From Giardia intestinalis (lineage: Eukaryota), in assembly GCA_000002435.2 (NCBI GenBank), contig CM018791.1: a stretch of DNA of 64,000 bases. The stretch is one strand, 5' to 3'. A program made the translations under genes and the position numbers. Positions 1 to 10,213 of this stretch are shown here, one piece after another; the stretch's first letter is position 1; the number at the start of each line of letters is the position of its first letter. Below the pieces are notes generated by a model. That model made no database searches. It was not told the DNA's origin and worked only from the letters and a program-made list of their open reading frames with translations.

Positions 1-230
1 CGTCTTATGTCTCGTTGGACATCTGGGGCTTCTGGATCCAGATCGGCCTTATCGGCATTCACTATCTTGCCAGGAACAACATTGAAAATTCTATCGACTA
101 GATGCTCCTTATCTACCTGGACCCCGTAGCGCATAGTAAGAAAATCAGACATGATCTCGTTGACAACAATAGGCGCAACCTCCTCCATGTCTGTCGTCTT
201 CTTTGTGTACTTTTGTGTAGCAAGCCTGTC

Positions 231-1637
231 GTTAATGGGCTCAGTTATGCGTCTGCTCTGCAGTATCTGAGTCGCAACATCATCTTTCATAACCGCAGAG
301 TCCCCTCCCATCTTCGCGGCATTGGCTACAATCGCAGAATAATCTGCTACGTTTAGTTGGCTGGCGGTCATGCCTGTCATACCGTGGGAGCCTGCAAAGC
401 TCTTGGTTATTGGATCGGGACCTTGATTAGCTGGAATCATTCCCGGAGAGTTCACGGCCGATGCTGTCATAGAATTTCCTAACTGTCCAGAGCGCATCAG
501 CGCGCTTTTCCATGAGATATTTGGGACAGCATGATGAAACTCCTGACCACCAACAGCTGAAGACAAAGGCCGTGTGGTCGGGTCTCCAATAAATCTGTCC
601 CGGGCATCCTGGATCTCCTTGCTCATCGTCTGTCTCGATGACTGTGTTGCAGATGTCTTGCCATACGTGGCATTGAGTCTGTTCAAAAGGTCTGTGGTAC
701 TTTGACGGAGATCATCTCCTGACTCTACGTTTCCTCGGATCGTTGCCATGAGCTGGGAGTTCGTGCGGGCAGGAATACCAGACACAAGTGTGGCCACTGT
801 TTGCATTTCTGGCCACAAGAGAATTTCGTGCGATGAGATGCGCTCTTTCTCATTGAAGGTAAGCATCTTGTTAACAAGCGCTTCGAGAGAAGTAGAGTAG
901 TTCGGCAAGCTGATATGCTTTCCAGAGCCGTCAAGAGACTGTCTGATGACCTCTGATGACGGGATTTTAGTGAATAGGGTCAGCGTGCATAGCTCATAGG
1001 CGACACATCCCAGAGACCAAACGTCCGCCTTATCAGTGTACTTCTCTCGGCGTAGAATCTCAGGCGCCATATAGACTAGATGAGAAGCAGGGGACTCTGA
1101 AATGCTACGAATATCAAGCAGGGTGAAGAGATCTGGGAAGCGGAGCTTAGTAAGCATGGATGTATTCTCTCCTATCAAAATCGAGAAGCTACTGACGTGT
1201 CTGTGTACCAATTTGGGGACCTTGGGACAATTGTGCTTGCTGTTGGAGTGGCAGTATGAAAGCCCGGCGCACACACTATAGAGGATTGCCCATATTTGCT
1301 CCTCGGGAATTAGCGTGCCCGATGACTTATAATTTGTGATTAAATCTGCTAGCTCATGTGAAGGAGATCGCTCGGTTATGACTACTACCTTACGGGCTGG
1401 TTTGTTGTGGTAAACATCCAAGATGTTTAGAAGACATGGATGCCTCAGCTGCATATACCTCTCAAGCGCTATAAAATCTGGCTCTTGTGGATGAACAAGG
1501 AGCTTTTCATAGCAGATGTTGTGATAATCAACCAGCTCTCCCGTCTCCTTATTCTTTGCAAGGCTCACTTGAATGTGCGGCTCCACGGAGTATGGCTCAA
1601 GAATGTGGTACCGAGAGGAGATATGGTGTGCAGACAT
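231..1637 (-). CDS. NEK-like protein kinase, probable pseudokinase (468 aa); complete ORF missing from supplied ORF track
   Basis: Hand translation of the minus strand: ATG at 1637-1635, TAA at 233-231, no internal stops in 60-nt chunk-by-chunk translation. Kinase subdomains VIII-IX are clear (LVYMAPEILRREKYTDKADVWSLGCVAYEL). The Gly-loop is absent, HRD is replaced by HRHVSSFSIL and DFG by LRFPD. Confidence 0.6.
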
Positions 1638-1831
1638 CTTCCAAGGCAATTTTATTTAAGGCGGTATCGCGCAACACCCTTCGTGAAAAGTAATTGGAAT
1701 TAAAGTGCACCCCCAACAAGCATTTACTTACAGAAAAGACGTGCCCTGCCTTATATACGCAGAGTATAAACTATTTCATTAGACGCAATCTTTTGTTTCT
1801 GTTGTCGACAGCTATGTACTTTCCCCACGCT

Positions 1832-2890
1832 CTAAATGTTAAGCTCGGAACTGGCTAACCGCTGGAAATTTGGGGGAAGCGAAGAAAGCGCCCAGGAAAG
1901 CTGATCATCATTGATCGTGCCAGTATTTTCGTAAAGCTTGCTTGCTGTGCTAAGGCCGAGAGACTTCATGCTAGAGAGGCTGCCTGATGGGAGGACAGCT
2001 GATGTAGAGGTAGGCCCCATAAGCCCCTTACACATCTGCACCAAGCCGTCTGTCTCCTTTATCTGGACCTTTATCAGGTTTAGTTGTTTCCTCAACTCGT
2101 GCTTCTTAGCTCGCAACTTCTGGAATTTCCGCTGTGCAGAAAAGTGGAAATGGGTCTCGTGCTCAATCTTAAGAAGGCTGCGAATTTGCTCGCGGTACAT
2201 TAGTTCCAATTTCACAAGAATATCTAGCGACGCTGTGAGGTCATCATGCGCGCATTGGAGCTTTCTATTCTTAAAATGGTGCTTGCCGAGAAAGAAGCGG
2301 CAGGCTCCTATTTCTGCACACACAGGGTTTCGAACACGCAAGTATAGACCCATGGCAATCGTTAACCAGTCTTCAACCTCAGGGCGTCCGTATATCAACG
2401 CTGTCTCGCCCATGCTCTGGTAAATCTCTGCTTCTGTTAAAAGCGTGTTGGCAGAGCTCCGTATCGATGGCGGGGATACGTTGATGCACTCGAGCGCACG
2501 AGTAAACTTCTCCAGGATTATGTCGAAGGGTGTACGGAGAGTCTTCGTTGCAGTGGTTGCCTTAGCATCAGCACTGTCTACTGACTCTGACCCGGAGCTT
2601 TTGTCCAAATCTGTATTTGTGCTATGGGACTGAGAACGCGCGTCTTCTGAGGCGCTAGCCAGGGTCTCTTCTGAATCTGAGCCTGGAATAGGGTTCTGAG
2701 AGATACGGAGGAGGGCGCGCCCGAGTTTGCAGTAGAAGATGGCAAGCTTGTAGTGGACGGGGGAGCCGTACGCATCGGCCAGCATGTCGATGCAGCGGTC
2801 GAGGTGCCGCACGGCGCGCCGGTAGTCTCCGCGGAGGGCGGCTGTGTGAGCGCGGTCGTAGTGCTCGCGGACGCTTCTCCAGAGGGCCAT
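1832..2890 (-). CDS. hypothetical protein (352 aa)
   Basis: Long ORF in a compact genome; helical/TPR-like N-terminus. No recognisable catalytic motif. Confidence 0.4.
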   Translation of the reverse strand: MALWRSVREHYDRAHTAALRGDYRRAVRHLDRCIDMLADAYGSPVHYKLAIFYCKLGRALLRISQNPIPGSDSEETLASASEDARSQSHSTNTDLDKSSGSESVDSADAKATTATKTLRTPFDIILEKFTRALECINVSPPSIRSSANTLLTEAEIYQSMGETALIYGRPEVEDWLTIAMGLYLRVRNPVCAEIGACRFFLGKHHFKNRKLQCAHDDLTASLDILVKLELMYREQIRSLLKIEHETHFHFSAQRKFQKLRAKKHELRKQLNLIKVQIKETDGLVQMCKGLMGPTSTSAVLPSGSLSSMKSLGLSTASKLYENTGTINDDQLSWALSSLPPNFQRLASSELNI

Positions 2891-2953
2891 TTCTTTTTCC
2901 GCGTCTCCTGCACAAAGCGGTTTCGCGCATCTTGTGGCTCGAGCGGTCCGTGC

Positions 2954-3035
2954 GACAGTTTGGCCGAGTGGTTAAGGCGCTTGCCTGCTAAGCAAGTGTG
3001 CTCCGCACGCGTGGGTTCGAATCCCACAGCTGTCG
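2954..3035 (+). tRNA. tRNA-Ser (anticodon GCT/GCU), class II with long variable arm
   Basis: GACAGTT/AGCTGTC 7-bp acceptor stem. A-box TGGCCGAGTGGTTAAGGCG. Anticodon stem CTTGC/GCAAG with loop CTGCTAA. Variable arm TGTGCTCCGCACGC. B-box GTGGGTTCGAATCCCAC. Near-identical in architecture to eukaryotic tRNA-Ser-GCT. Confidence 0.88.
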
Positions 3036-3037
3036 GT

Positions 3038-3814
3038 TTACTCGCCGCTCCCCCTCGTCTCTCCGTCCTCCTTCGTCTCCTCACTCCTCGCCTTTGCCTC
3101 CTCCCGCGCCTTCCTGAGCTGGAGCATGGCGGTGCGGCCGTGCTCCTTGACCCGCGACCCGCGCCGCGCGACAAAGAAGACAAAGAAGTTCCCCTGCGTG
3201 ATACGAAAGACCTCGTGCTTTCCGAGCTTCCGAAAGAGGTACCCGCAATTGTAGTTCCGCGGAAGCTTGAGGACTGCGAGCTTCATCGATAAGTGGGCCT
3301 CGAACGCCCTGTTAACGACATCCTCGACCGCGAGAGAACCCAGCGTGAGCTGTATGTCTGTCTGGGACCGGTAGTCGACTCCGCCCCACGGGGGATCGAG
3401 GTAGAGCGAGAACGTCGCAACAGCTCCAATTAACGTCCAGAACTGCGGGATGAGCGCGGCGGTGTCTCCAGAGATCGTCTTCGCGTCAACCCCCCAAGTG
3501 GTCAGATTATCCTGGAGAAGCGCATACGTCTCGGGATCCCTCTCAATGGCGACAGTCATATCAAAGTGCTTAGCCAACAGCCTGGTGTCTCCGCCTACAC
3601 AGGCGGTTCCATCAATCACTGCGTAGGGCGGCTTGCCCAGCAAAGCAAGCACAGTGCGCATCATTCTAGCGACTTCATCTGCGTACACCGCCGGAGTGAC
3701 CGAGAAAAAAGCGACCTCGTTCATCTTAATCATGACGCGCTTCTCTTCCGGCAAGTCGCTGAAAAGCCACTTCATCCGCTCGACACATTTGCTGTCGAGT
3801 AGCCATGTGGACAT
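3038..3814 (-). CDS. Trimethylguanosine synthase family RNA cap guanine-N2 methyltransferase (258 aa)
   Basis: SAM-binding motif I VIDGTACVGGDT and Tgs-type motif IV LYLDPPWGGVDY (cf. Tgs1 VFLSPPWGGPDY). Size is consistent with the small Giardia Tgs enzymes. The stop TAA at 3040-3038 lies 2 nt from the tRNA 3' end. Confidence 0.7.
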   Translation of the reverse strand: MSTWLLDSKCVERMKWLFSDLPEEKRVMIKMNEVAFFSVTPAVYADEVARMMRTVLALLGKPPYAVIDGTACVGGDTRLLAKHFDMTVAIERDPETYALLQDNLTTWGVDAKTISGDTAALIPQFWTLIGAVATFSLYLDPPWGGVDYRSQTDIQLTLGSLAVEDVVNRAFEAHLSMKLAVLKLPRNYNCGYLFRKLGKHEVFRITQGNFFVFFVARRGSRVKEHGRTAMLQLRKAREEAKARSEETKEDGETRGSGE

Positions 3815-3886
3815 ATCGAAGAACTCAACCTCATGTGCAAAATAATAACCTCGGTAAATAATTTACAAGGTATAAAATTATACAAG

Positions 3887-4522
3887 CTAAGCATCCGCAC
3901 TCACAAGGTGACTGTTGTAGAACGTCACTAGTTCAAGCCGCTTCGCCTCGTCAAGCTTCAGCCACTCGGCAGCCCAGGCGTCCCGCTCGGCAGCAGACAG
4001 ACTGTCGTATCGATCGGAGAGAACCTTACGGACCCGCTTGTCATTCGGGATCGGCCGACCGTTGTGGCGCTCTGCATACTTCAGAACATAGCCCACAATA
4101 AAGAAGATCCTCAGGTTATTGGGCGCGTCTGCACCTAGGTTTGGGCCCTGGTCCTGCGAAGGAGACGCGTCTTCATTGTCAACAGCAGCCGTAGGCTTCT
4201 TACGGCGTTCTCTTGTATCTACGTCACGTTTCGCAGGCTTTTCCTTAGCTGCACCCGGCCGATCCTCTGGATGCTCCTCCAGCCACTTCTTCATGGCCTC
4301 CTTGTATAGGCGCGTCTGTTCTTCGTAGCTATCTGTGTATTGTTTGCGGGTCTTCTCATCGAGCTCCTTCCACCGCCGGCCAAGTACTTTAGTCCTCTCT
4401 TTGGGCACCACGTCCCTGTACTCGTCAAGATGATCGTGCATAAATGCAAAGTAAGGTGTAAAGGGCTTTGTTGGCTTTGTTTGGGGCGCGTCCTCCTCCA
4501 TCGTAAATGTAAAGGCAAACAA
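3887..4522 (-). CDS. HMG-box DNA-binding protein (two HMG-like boxes, 211 aa)
   Basis: KPTKPFTPYFAFMHDHLDEYRD...RTKVLGRRWKELDEKTRKQYTD matches the HMG-box consensus. A second, degenerate box (YVLKYAERHNGRPIPNDKRVRKVLSDRYDSLSAAERDAW) and an acidic/basic linker follow. Confidence 0.65.
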   Translation of the reverse strand: MFAFTFTMEEDAPQTKPTKPFTPYFAFMHDHLDEYRDVVPKERTKVLGRRWKELDEKTRKQYTDSYEEQTRLYKEAMKKWLEEHPEDRPGAAKEKPAKRDVDTRERRKKPTAAVDNEDASPSQDQGPNLGADAPNNLRIFFIVGYVLKYAERHNGRPIPNDKRVRKVLSDRYDSLSAAERDAWAAEWLKLDEAKRLELVTFYNSHLVSADA

Positions 4523-4607
4523 AAGTGTACTGATTTCTTTAAACGTTCACAAAATCTGAATTTGTACATAATCAAAAATCTAAAATTCAAAGGACTACCC
4601 CTGAGTC

Positions 4608-5660
4608 ATGCTCCCGCAGAAGCTTCCTGAGCTTTTCCAGGATTCCACGGCGACATGCCCACAGTCTACAGACGGTCCTGAAATTACATTTACGACGATG
4701 CGAACCATCGGATCGGGCTCCTTCGGGGTTGTCTTCATTGCAAAGACAAGCACGGGCGAGCTCATTGCAATCAAGAAGGTCTTCCAGGATCGGAAGTATC
4801 GCAACCGCGAGCTCTCCATCATGCAGGAGCTAGGTCAGCATCCGTGCATTATACGTCTTATCAACTCCTACATCTCCGTGGCAACAAACCAAACGAATGG
4901 GGATTTCTTGAATATTCTAATGGACTACTACCAGGAAAATGGGTATCAAATCTATAAGAGTTACATCAGGGCTGGGATAAAGATGCCCATGTTTCACATA
5001 AAGTTATATACGTTCCAGTTTCTGCGCGGCTTGGCATACATGCATTCCTTTAATATCGCAAACCGCGACCTTAAGCCCCAGAATACCCTCGTGAACCGCG
5101 AGTCTGGTCGTGCGGTTCTCTGCGATCTGGGGTCTGCGAAGAAGTTGAATCCTGCAGAGCCCAACATAGCGTACATCTGCAGTCGCTACTATCGCGCCCC
5201 CGAGCTCATCTTCGGTTCGCGCTACTACACCACAGTCATCGATATTTGGTCTTTTGGTTGCGTTGTCGCTGAGATGATAATCGGTAAGCCGATCTACGCT
5301 GGGTCTTCGCCACTGGATCAGATTATCGAGATTATCAAAATACTCGGACCACCAAGCCTCAAGGAGCTTAAGGAGATGAACCCAACTTTAAAGGAATACG
5401 CCTTCCCAACGATAAGGACCACACCAATGTCAGATGTTCTTGGAACAAAGGACCCCGTAGTCTTAGACTTCTTTGCCCGCTGCTTTAAGTACTCTCCCAA
5501 CGAGCGCATAACGGCCTATGAGGCCCTTGCCCACCCATTCTATGACGACCTGCGTGCTCGCGACGCTCCAATATCCAAAGACCTGAAGTTGTTTGAGTTT
5601 AGTGAATACGAGCGCAAGGCCATGTCCCCCGAGCTTCTCTCTAAGATCCGTCCCCAGTAG
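4608..5660 (+). CDS. Glycogen synthase kinase-3 (GSK-3) family Ser/Thr kinase (350 aa)
   Basis: GSGSFGVVF Gly-loop, AIKKV lysine, RDLKPQNTLVN catalytic loop, LCDLGSAKKL, and the GSK-3-diagnostic YICSRYYRAPELIFG. C-lobe DIWSFGCVVAEM...PLDQIIEIIKILGPP closely parallels metazoan GSK3. Confidence 0.82.
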   Translation: MLPQKLPELFQDSTATCPQSTDGPEITFTTMRTIGSGSFGVVFIAKTSTGELIAIKKVFQDRKYRNRELSIMQELGQHPCIIRLINSYISVATNQTNGDFLNILMDYYQENGYQIYKSYIRAGIKMPMFHIKLYTFQFLRGLAYMHSFNIANRDLKPQNTLVNRESGRAVLCDLGSAKKLNPAEPNIAYICSRYYRAPELIFGSRYYTTVIDIWSFGCVVAEMIIGKPIYAGSSPLDQIIEIIKILGPPSLKELKEMNPTLKEYAFPTIRTTPMSDVLGTKDPVVLDFFARCFKYSPNERITAYEALAHPFYDDLRARDAPISKDLKLFEFSEYERKAMSPELLSKIRPQ

Positions 5661-5682
5661 TTAGTAAACGGTAAGTGTGTGC

Positions 5683-8600
5683 TCATTCGCGCTGAGTCAG
5701 TAAGTACTCAATACAGCTAGATAGGTTGGGAATGAGTCTCTCCATTTCGTAGTTTTCATTGTCGTACTCATTGACACTCGGACCCTCCCTTGATGACATC
5801 TCAACCAGCTCAGAGAGGTGTGCAGACAGTTCTCCGACCAGATTGAAATTGTTTCTTATTAGGACAGGGTATTCGCGCAAATAAAGGAGCTTTACGCATT
5901 CAAGGTGCCCTTGGATCCCTGCTAGAAAGAGCGCGGTGACTCCATCATTGGCCAATAACCCACCTTCATGTTCCAGAAGGATGCGGACAGCCTCCAGCCT
6001 TCCATTGCTTGCTGCATACATGAGGGCAGTAGACCCCCGTGCATCGCGCATCCCGGCTTCTGCTGGTATCAGCTTCTTAATGCACTCTGTCGCGTCCGTC
6101 GCTGCTGCAAACATAAGTGCCGTCATGCCCTTGTCTGTTGTTTTTCTCAAGTCGTTTGTTTTAAGCATTAATATCTCCACGCATTCAGGTCTGTTAGCGT
6201 CTGCTGCCTTCATCAGGGCTGTTTCCCAATTCACATCTATAGAGTCAGTGAAGAGGCCAGCCTCCACCATTCTCGAAACAAATAACGTAGAACCACCCGC
6301 AGCTGCAGCCATAAGCGGTGTCTGCTGCTTATTATCGCAAATCTTGTGCTCCTTAGGATAGAGGATTTCTGCACATGCATCGTATCCATTGAGCAGCGCC
6401 CAAAAAAGAGCTGTGCGGCCCGTTGTGGTAGCGCAACCAGCCTCTGTTTCTGCAAGAAGTTTGACGCAGTCTGTGTGTCCATTACGGGCGGCATAAATAA
6501 GGGCTGTATAGTCAAACCCTGCCCGTCGACCTGCCTCATCGAGGTAGTTCTTAACCTGCTCGATGTCTCCAACTGCAGCATAAATCATCAGCCACGTCAT
6601 GCCAGAGATCTCCTTCTCAAAGATGAAGTATCTAATTACGTCCCAATTGGCCAACAGGCATGCGTCTTGCAAGGCAGTGAAGTTGTCCATGGAATGTATT
6701 CCCATGTTACATAACAGATACTTGTATAGATCAGTTGCCACCACGTTGGCGTTGGCAGCCATGAGGGCGCTCCTACACCCTGTTTCAGAGTTCCAGAGAA
6801 TATTAAAGCTATTGTATGGATGGTTCTGAGAGACATCGGTGGTCCTTAGCTCGAGCACCTTTTCTTTATCTCTCTTGGTGACTGCATTTATAAACTGGGT
6901 CTTAGTCGAGCTGGTGAAGCCCTCGCGAGATTTGACGCTGGAACGAATGTTATGCTTTAATAGATAATCGCATATTATCTGCATCGAATTATGGGCCAAA
7001 TATGAAATCCCATGATTAAGTAGAGCAGAGCCGCAATCCACCGACAACAGATCTGGCAATAAAGCTAGAATTGCAGATAGCCCCACAGCATTGTCAACCT
7101 CTATGGCTGCCATGAGCACTGATCGTCCAAAGTGATCTGTTACTGCTGTAATCGAAAGGTTAGTGTCCCTCTTACACATTTCTTTTAAAACTTTGCACGC
7201 AAGGTCTGTGATGTGTCTAGACAACGCCCCAAAGAGAATAGCTATTTGCTGCTCGTGTGAGTAATCATCTAACTTAAACTGTGGAGACGGCGACTTTTGC
7301 TGATCTGCTGTGGCTGCCAATTCCAGGAACTTAAGTACAGCAATAGCGCTCTTTATGTGCTTTGAAGAGAAATAAGTAAAAAGCTCTGAATCTAATGGTG
7401 GAATAATGCCGTGATCAATGATGGAAAATAGTAGTTTGGCAGCGCCATTGACTCTAGAAGAAAACAGTTGCAAAAGAAGTAGTGGATAGCAAAGGCTACG
7501 CCGTTTCAGCGAAAGCAGAAATACCTTGTCAAAGGAGATCCGACCTAAAAGGTCACGCTCTTTGCAGAATGCATAAACAAACTCAATGATCTTCTTGCTG
7601 CATGACATCACTGCAATTTCGAACACAGAGTCCCCAGATAACGAGTGGTACTCCCACTCGTGTTGAAGAAGCAGCTGCACTGCTTTAAAGTGGTTAAGAA
7701 ACAGCGCTATGATAAGCGCCGTGTTTCCGTGACGGTCATACATCCCCAGCTCCGACTTATTTGGACAATGATTGCTCGAAAGGTCAAGTATTTCTTCCAA
7801 AATGTCGTATTGCTGCGCGCTGACGGCATGCATCGTTGCCGTCCAGAGATTGCTATCTACCATCTGTGCCTCTAGAGGAAAAAGTGAAGAAATATACTTA
7901 CCTTTCCCATTTATTACTGCATGCATGAGCGCAGTGTTATTACCGCTATCTTGCAAGCATGCCTCACTAAGCAGTGGCTGTAGGCTTTTGAGCTGGCCCG
8001 AGATAACCGCTCGAATCAGCGCAGTTTGGCCTGTTTTTGGTTTGATACCTTTTTCGTAGTTTATAAGTGCCATGATGATATCTGTATAGCCGCCTTGGGC
8101 AGCATACATCAATGCAGTCATACCAGTACTGCTAATCATAGTGGACTCAGAAGGAGCCAGAGCCACCACCACATCCAGATGATTTGTTTGCGCAGCCAGC
8201 ATCAAGGCCGTTTGGCCTGCGCTATTGGTCATCTTCGCCTCCTTATCCTTCAGTAGCTCAACCACGTTAACAAAGCCTCGAGACGCGGCCGTCATTAATG
8301 CAGTTACCCCAGTTCCATCTTGGAGCCCTGCTAGTATCATTAGAGGCTGTGCTGTCTCAAGCTGACCTGAGAGGGCGGCTGACATCAAGGGGGTTGTTTT
8401 GACGTACTTGTAGAACCCTATTTCAAGCAATAACTGGTCTAGGTACTCGGAAATGCCCGTCATCGCCGCTATGTTGATACTCATGGTATTGAGGTACTTT
8501 ATTCCGATGTCGTCTGCATTCTCCTTTATATAGTTCACGATTGGCTCGGACAAAAGGTTAGTATGTGGGACCTTCAGCAGGCAAGTCATAAGATTGGTTG

Positions 8601-9606
8601 CAAGGTTCGTCTCTTGGGGATGTACGGGGTACGATGGTGGCGGGTGTCCAAGCTCTGTCATATGCCTGATGATGGTTCTTCCAAGGTCGATGTTTCGAGC
8701 CTTATATGCCATAAACATAGCATAATTGGCAATGGAATAATCTCCCAACCAAGAGATATAGCCTTGAAACGCTTCGTTGCGATGTTGAAGAATGCATGCA
8801 ATCATACTATCTAACTGTAGGTTCAATGTCGTTTTAACAATAGCAGGTAGTGGTGCATTGCCTATACCAGGAGCAGTGACTCGAGGCTGCAGGAGCTCTA
8901 CATCATTGAGCTCTGGTGTCTCCACCGTCAACGAATGCTGCTTGCTGAATGCCAATAGGCCAAGTATCCCTATGTCTGGGCGCTTAGTTGGATCGCACGT
9001 TAAGCACAATTTAATGAGGCTATTGAGATAGGAGGAGTAGGTGTGAGAGCAGATGAGCTCTGGATTGATAAAAGAATGCTGCTGTGCAAATGAAGTAAGA
9101 TTATCCAGAATATCTTTTGGCTCCTTTAGCAAGCACAGAGACGACAGGAAAAGGCCAAGACACCAGGTTAAGTCCGAACTGGAAAAGGTTTCCTCTGAGA
9201 GAGTAAAATCGAGCAACTCTTGCTTAACAGTATGACGAAATGCTAGGTATGCAGAGGGAGGTCCATAAGTATCAAACCAGGGGAGCCCATCTACCATGCA
9301 AAGGCTTTGAACATGAACCCATAGAGACAGATTTTTCCTATGGGCGTGAAAACTGAGCCAGTTTATGGCCCTAATGAATTGCCGAGCAGCACCCCATATG
9401 TGAGACTCGTCGATGGTTGTGTTGTGTGCTCTGCAATCTTTGATGTAAGCCGCAAGCGTTTTGCCTTTCTTTGCCCCAGCTAGCGTAAAAACATTGATTG
9501 AACCACCAGAGCGCCTTCTCTTTCTAAGAGAAATACCTTGCGGCGGAGTTAGCCCAGGAATAATGTCTGTAAGCAAAACCGAGTTAGAGAGGAGGGAGCT
9601 AGACAT
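5683..9606 (-). CDS. Large ankyrin-repeat protein (protein 21.1-like, 1307 aa) with degenerate N-terminal kinase-like region
   Basis: More than 15 ankyrin repeats (G.TALM.AA..G....V..LL). The N-terminal ~230 aa retain a kinase C-lobe remnant (CLTCDPTKRPDI) but no catalytic motifs. Confidence 0.75.
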   Translation of the reverse strand: MSSSLLSNSVLLTDIIPGLTPPQGISLRKRRRSGGSINVFTLAGAKKGKTLAAYIKDCRAHNTTIDESHIWGAARQFIRAINWLSFHAHRKNLSLWVHVQSLCMVDGLPWFDTYGPPSAYLAFRHTVKQELLDFTLSEETFSSSDLTWCLGLFLSSLCLLKEPKDILDNLTSFAQQHSFINPELICSHTYSSYLNSLIKLCLTCDPTKRPDIGILGLLAFSKQHSLTVETPELNDVELLQPRVTAPGIGNAPLPAIVKTTLNLQLDSMIACILQHRNEAFQGYISWLGDYSIANYAMFMAYKARNIDLGRTIIRHMTELGHPPPSYPVHPQETNLATNLMTCLLKVPHTNLLSEPIVNYIKENADDIGIKYLNTMSINIAAMTGISEYLDQLLLEIGFYKYVKTTPLMSAALSGQLETAQPLMILAGLQDGTGVTALMTAASRGFVNVVELLKDKEAKMTNSAGQTALMLAAQTNHLDVVVALAPSESTMISSTGMTALMYAAQGGYTDIIMALINYEKGIKPKTGQTALIRAVISGQLKSLQPLLSEACLQDSGNNTALMHAVINGKGKYISSLFPLEAQMVDSNLWTATMHAVSAQQYDILEEILDLSSNHCPNKSELGMYDRHGNTALIIALFLNHFKAVQLLLQHEWEYHSLSGDSVFEIAVMSCSKKIIEFVYAFCKERDLLGRISFDKVFLLSLKRRSLCYPLLLLQLFSSRVNGAAKLLFSIIDHGIIPPLDSELFTYFSSKHIKSAIAVLKFLELAATADQQKSPSPQFKLDDYSHEQQIAILFGALSRHITDLACKVLKEMCKRDTNLSITAVTDHFGRSVLMAAIEVDNAVGLSAILALLPDLLSVDCGSALLNHGISYLAHNSMQIICDYLLKHNIRSSVKSREGFTSSTKTQFINAVTKRDKEKVLELRTTDVSQNHPYNSFNILWNSETGCRSALMAANANVVATDLYKYLLCNMGIHSMDNFTALQDACLLANWDVIRYFIFEKEISGMTWLMIYAAVGDIEQVKNYLDEAGRRAGFDYTALIYAARNGHTDCVKLLAETEAGCATTTGRTALFWALLNGYDACAEILYPKEHKICDNKQQTPLMAAAAGGSTLFVSRMVEAGLFTDSIDVNWETALMKAADANRPECVEILMLKTNDLRKTTDKGMTALMFAAATDATECIKKLIPAEAGMRDARGSTALMYAASNGRLEAVRILLEHEGGLLANDGVTALFLAGIQGHLECVKLLYLREYPVLIRNNFNLVGELSAHLSELVEMSSREGPSVNEYDNENYEMERLIPNLSSCIEYLLTQRE

Positions 9607-9612
9607 TTAAAA
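9607..9612. promoter_or_regulatory. 6-bp A/T initiator (TTAAAA) shared by divergent start codons at 9606 (-) and 9613 (+)
   Basis: Sequence CAT-TTAAAA-ATG read directly. Giardia promoters are short AT-rich initiators adjacent to the ATG. Confidence 0.5.
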
Positions 9613-10209
9613 ATGGAGAATATTGATGGTTTACTCTACCGCAAGGAAACAGCCAAAGCCTTGCTTGAACGCCTTGCTTCTATGCCTCTGGATAATGTCA
9701 ATCCCAATGAAGTCATCTCTGCCACATTTTTCGCCTATTTATTCGATGAAGACTTCAGCCATGCCCAGGCGGTGTTTACCGGGCTGAAGCCGGCAGACTT
9801 GGTTTCTAAGCCGGGATTAGCTGCAGCAGGTATTTTACTGCTCGTGGTTCTGGCTGAGTCAGCCACCACGAGCTGGGATAGTACAAAGCTTTTGTGTGAG
9901 GCAACAGCCTATGCTACCGAGCTCTACGTGCGTGATTCAAGTTGCAGTACGTTTGAACATCTTCATGACTCTATGGTCTTATTCGGTTCGGGAGCTATTT
10001 CCCTGTTTATAGCTGAGCTCGACAAACTGTCTGAGGCTCACTCAGTGGAGCTAGCACCGCTCCTTCCTGCTCTTCAGGAATGCACTAATGATAGAGGTAG
10101 ACGAGCGCTGAGCCTCCTGCGCTCTGCAAAGGGTCAGGTTGAGGAGCCATTTATGCGAAAGCTTGCCGAATTGAGGGGGCTGGATGCATCCCATGGGAAA
10201 ATAGTGTAA
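9613..10209 (+). CDS. hypothetical protein (198 aa)
   Basis: Complete ATG-initiated ORF. No recognisable domain. Confidence 0.4.
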   Translation: MENIDGLLYRKETAKALLERLASMPLDNVNPNEVISATFFAYLFDEDFSHAQAVFTGLKPADLVSKPGLAAAGILLLVVLAESATTSWDSTKLLCEATAYATELYVRDSSCSTFEHLHDSMVLFGSGAISLFIAELDKLSEAHSVELAPLLPALQECTNDRGRRALSLLRSAKGQVEEPFMRKLAELRGLDASHGKIV

Positions 10210-10213
10210 ACAA

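Noticed and set aside
2578-3292. Overlapping ORFs 2578-3183 (-), 2655-2930 (-), 2753-3292 (+) with R/P/A-rich translations
   Set aside because: They lie across the GC-rich tRNA-Ser gene and the ends of two well-supported genes; a composition artefact.
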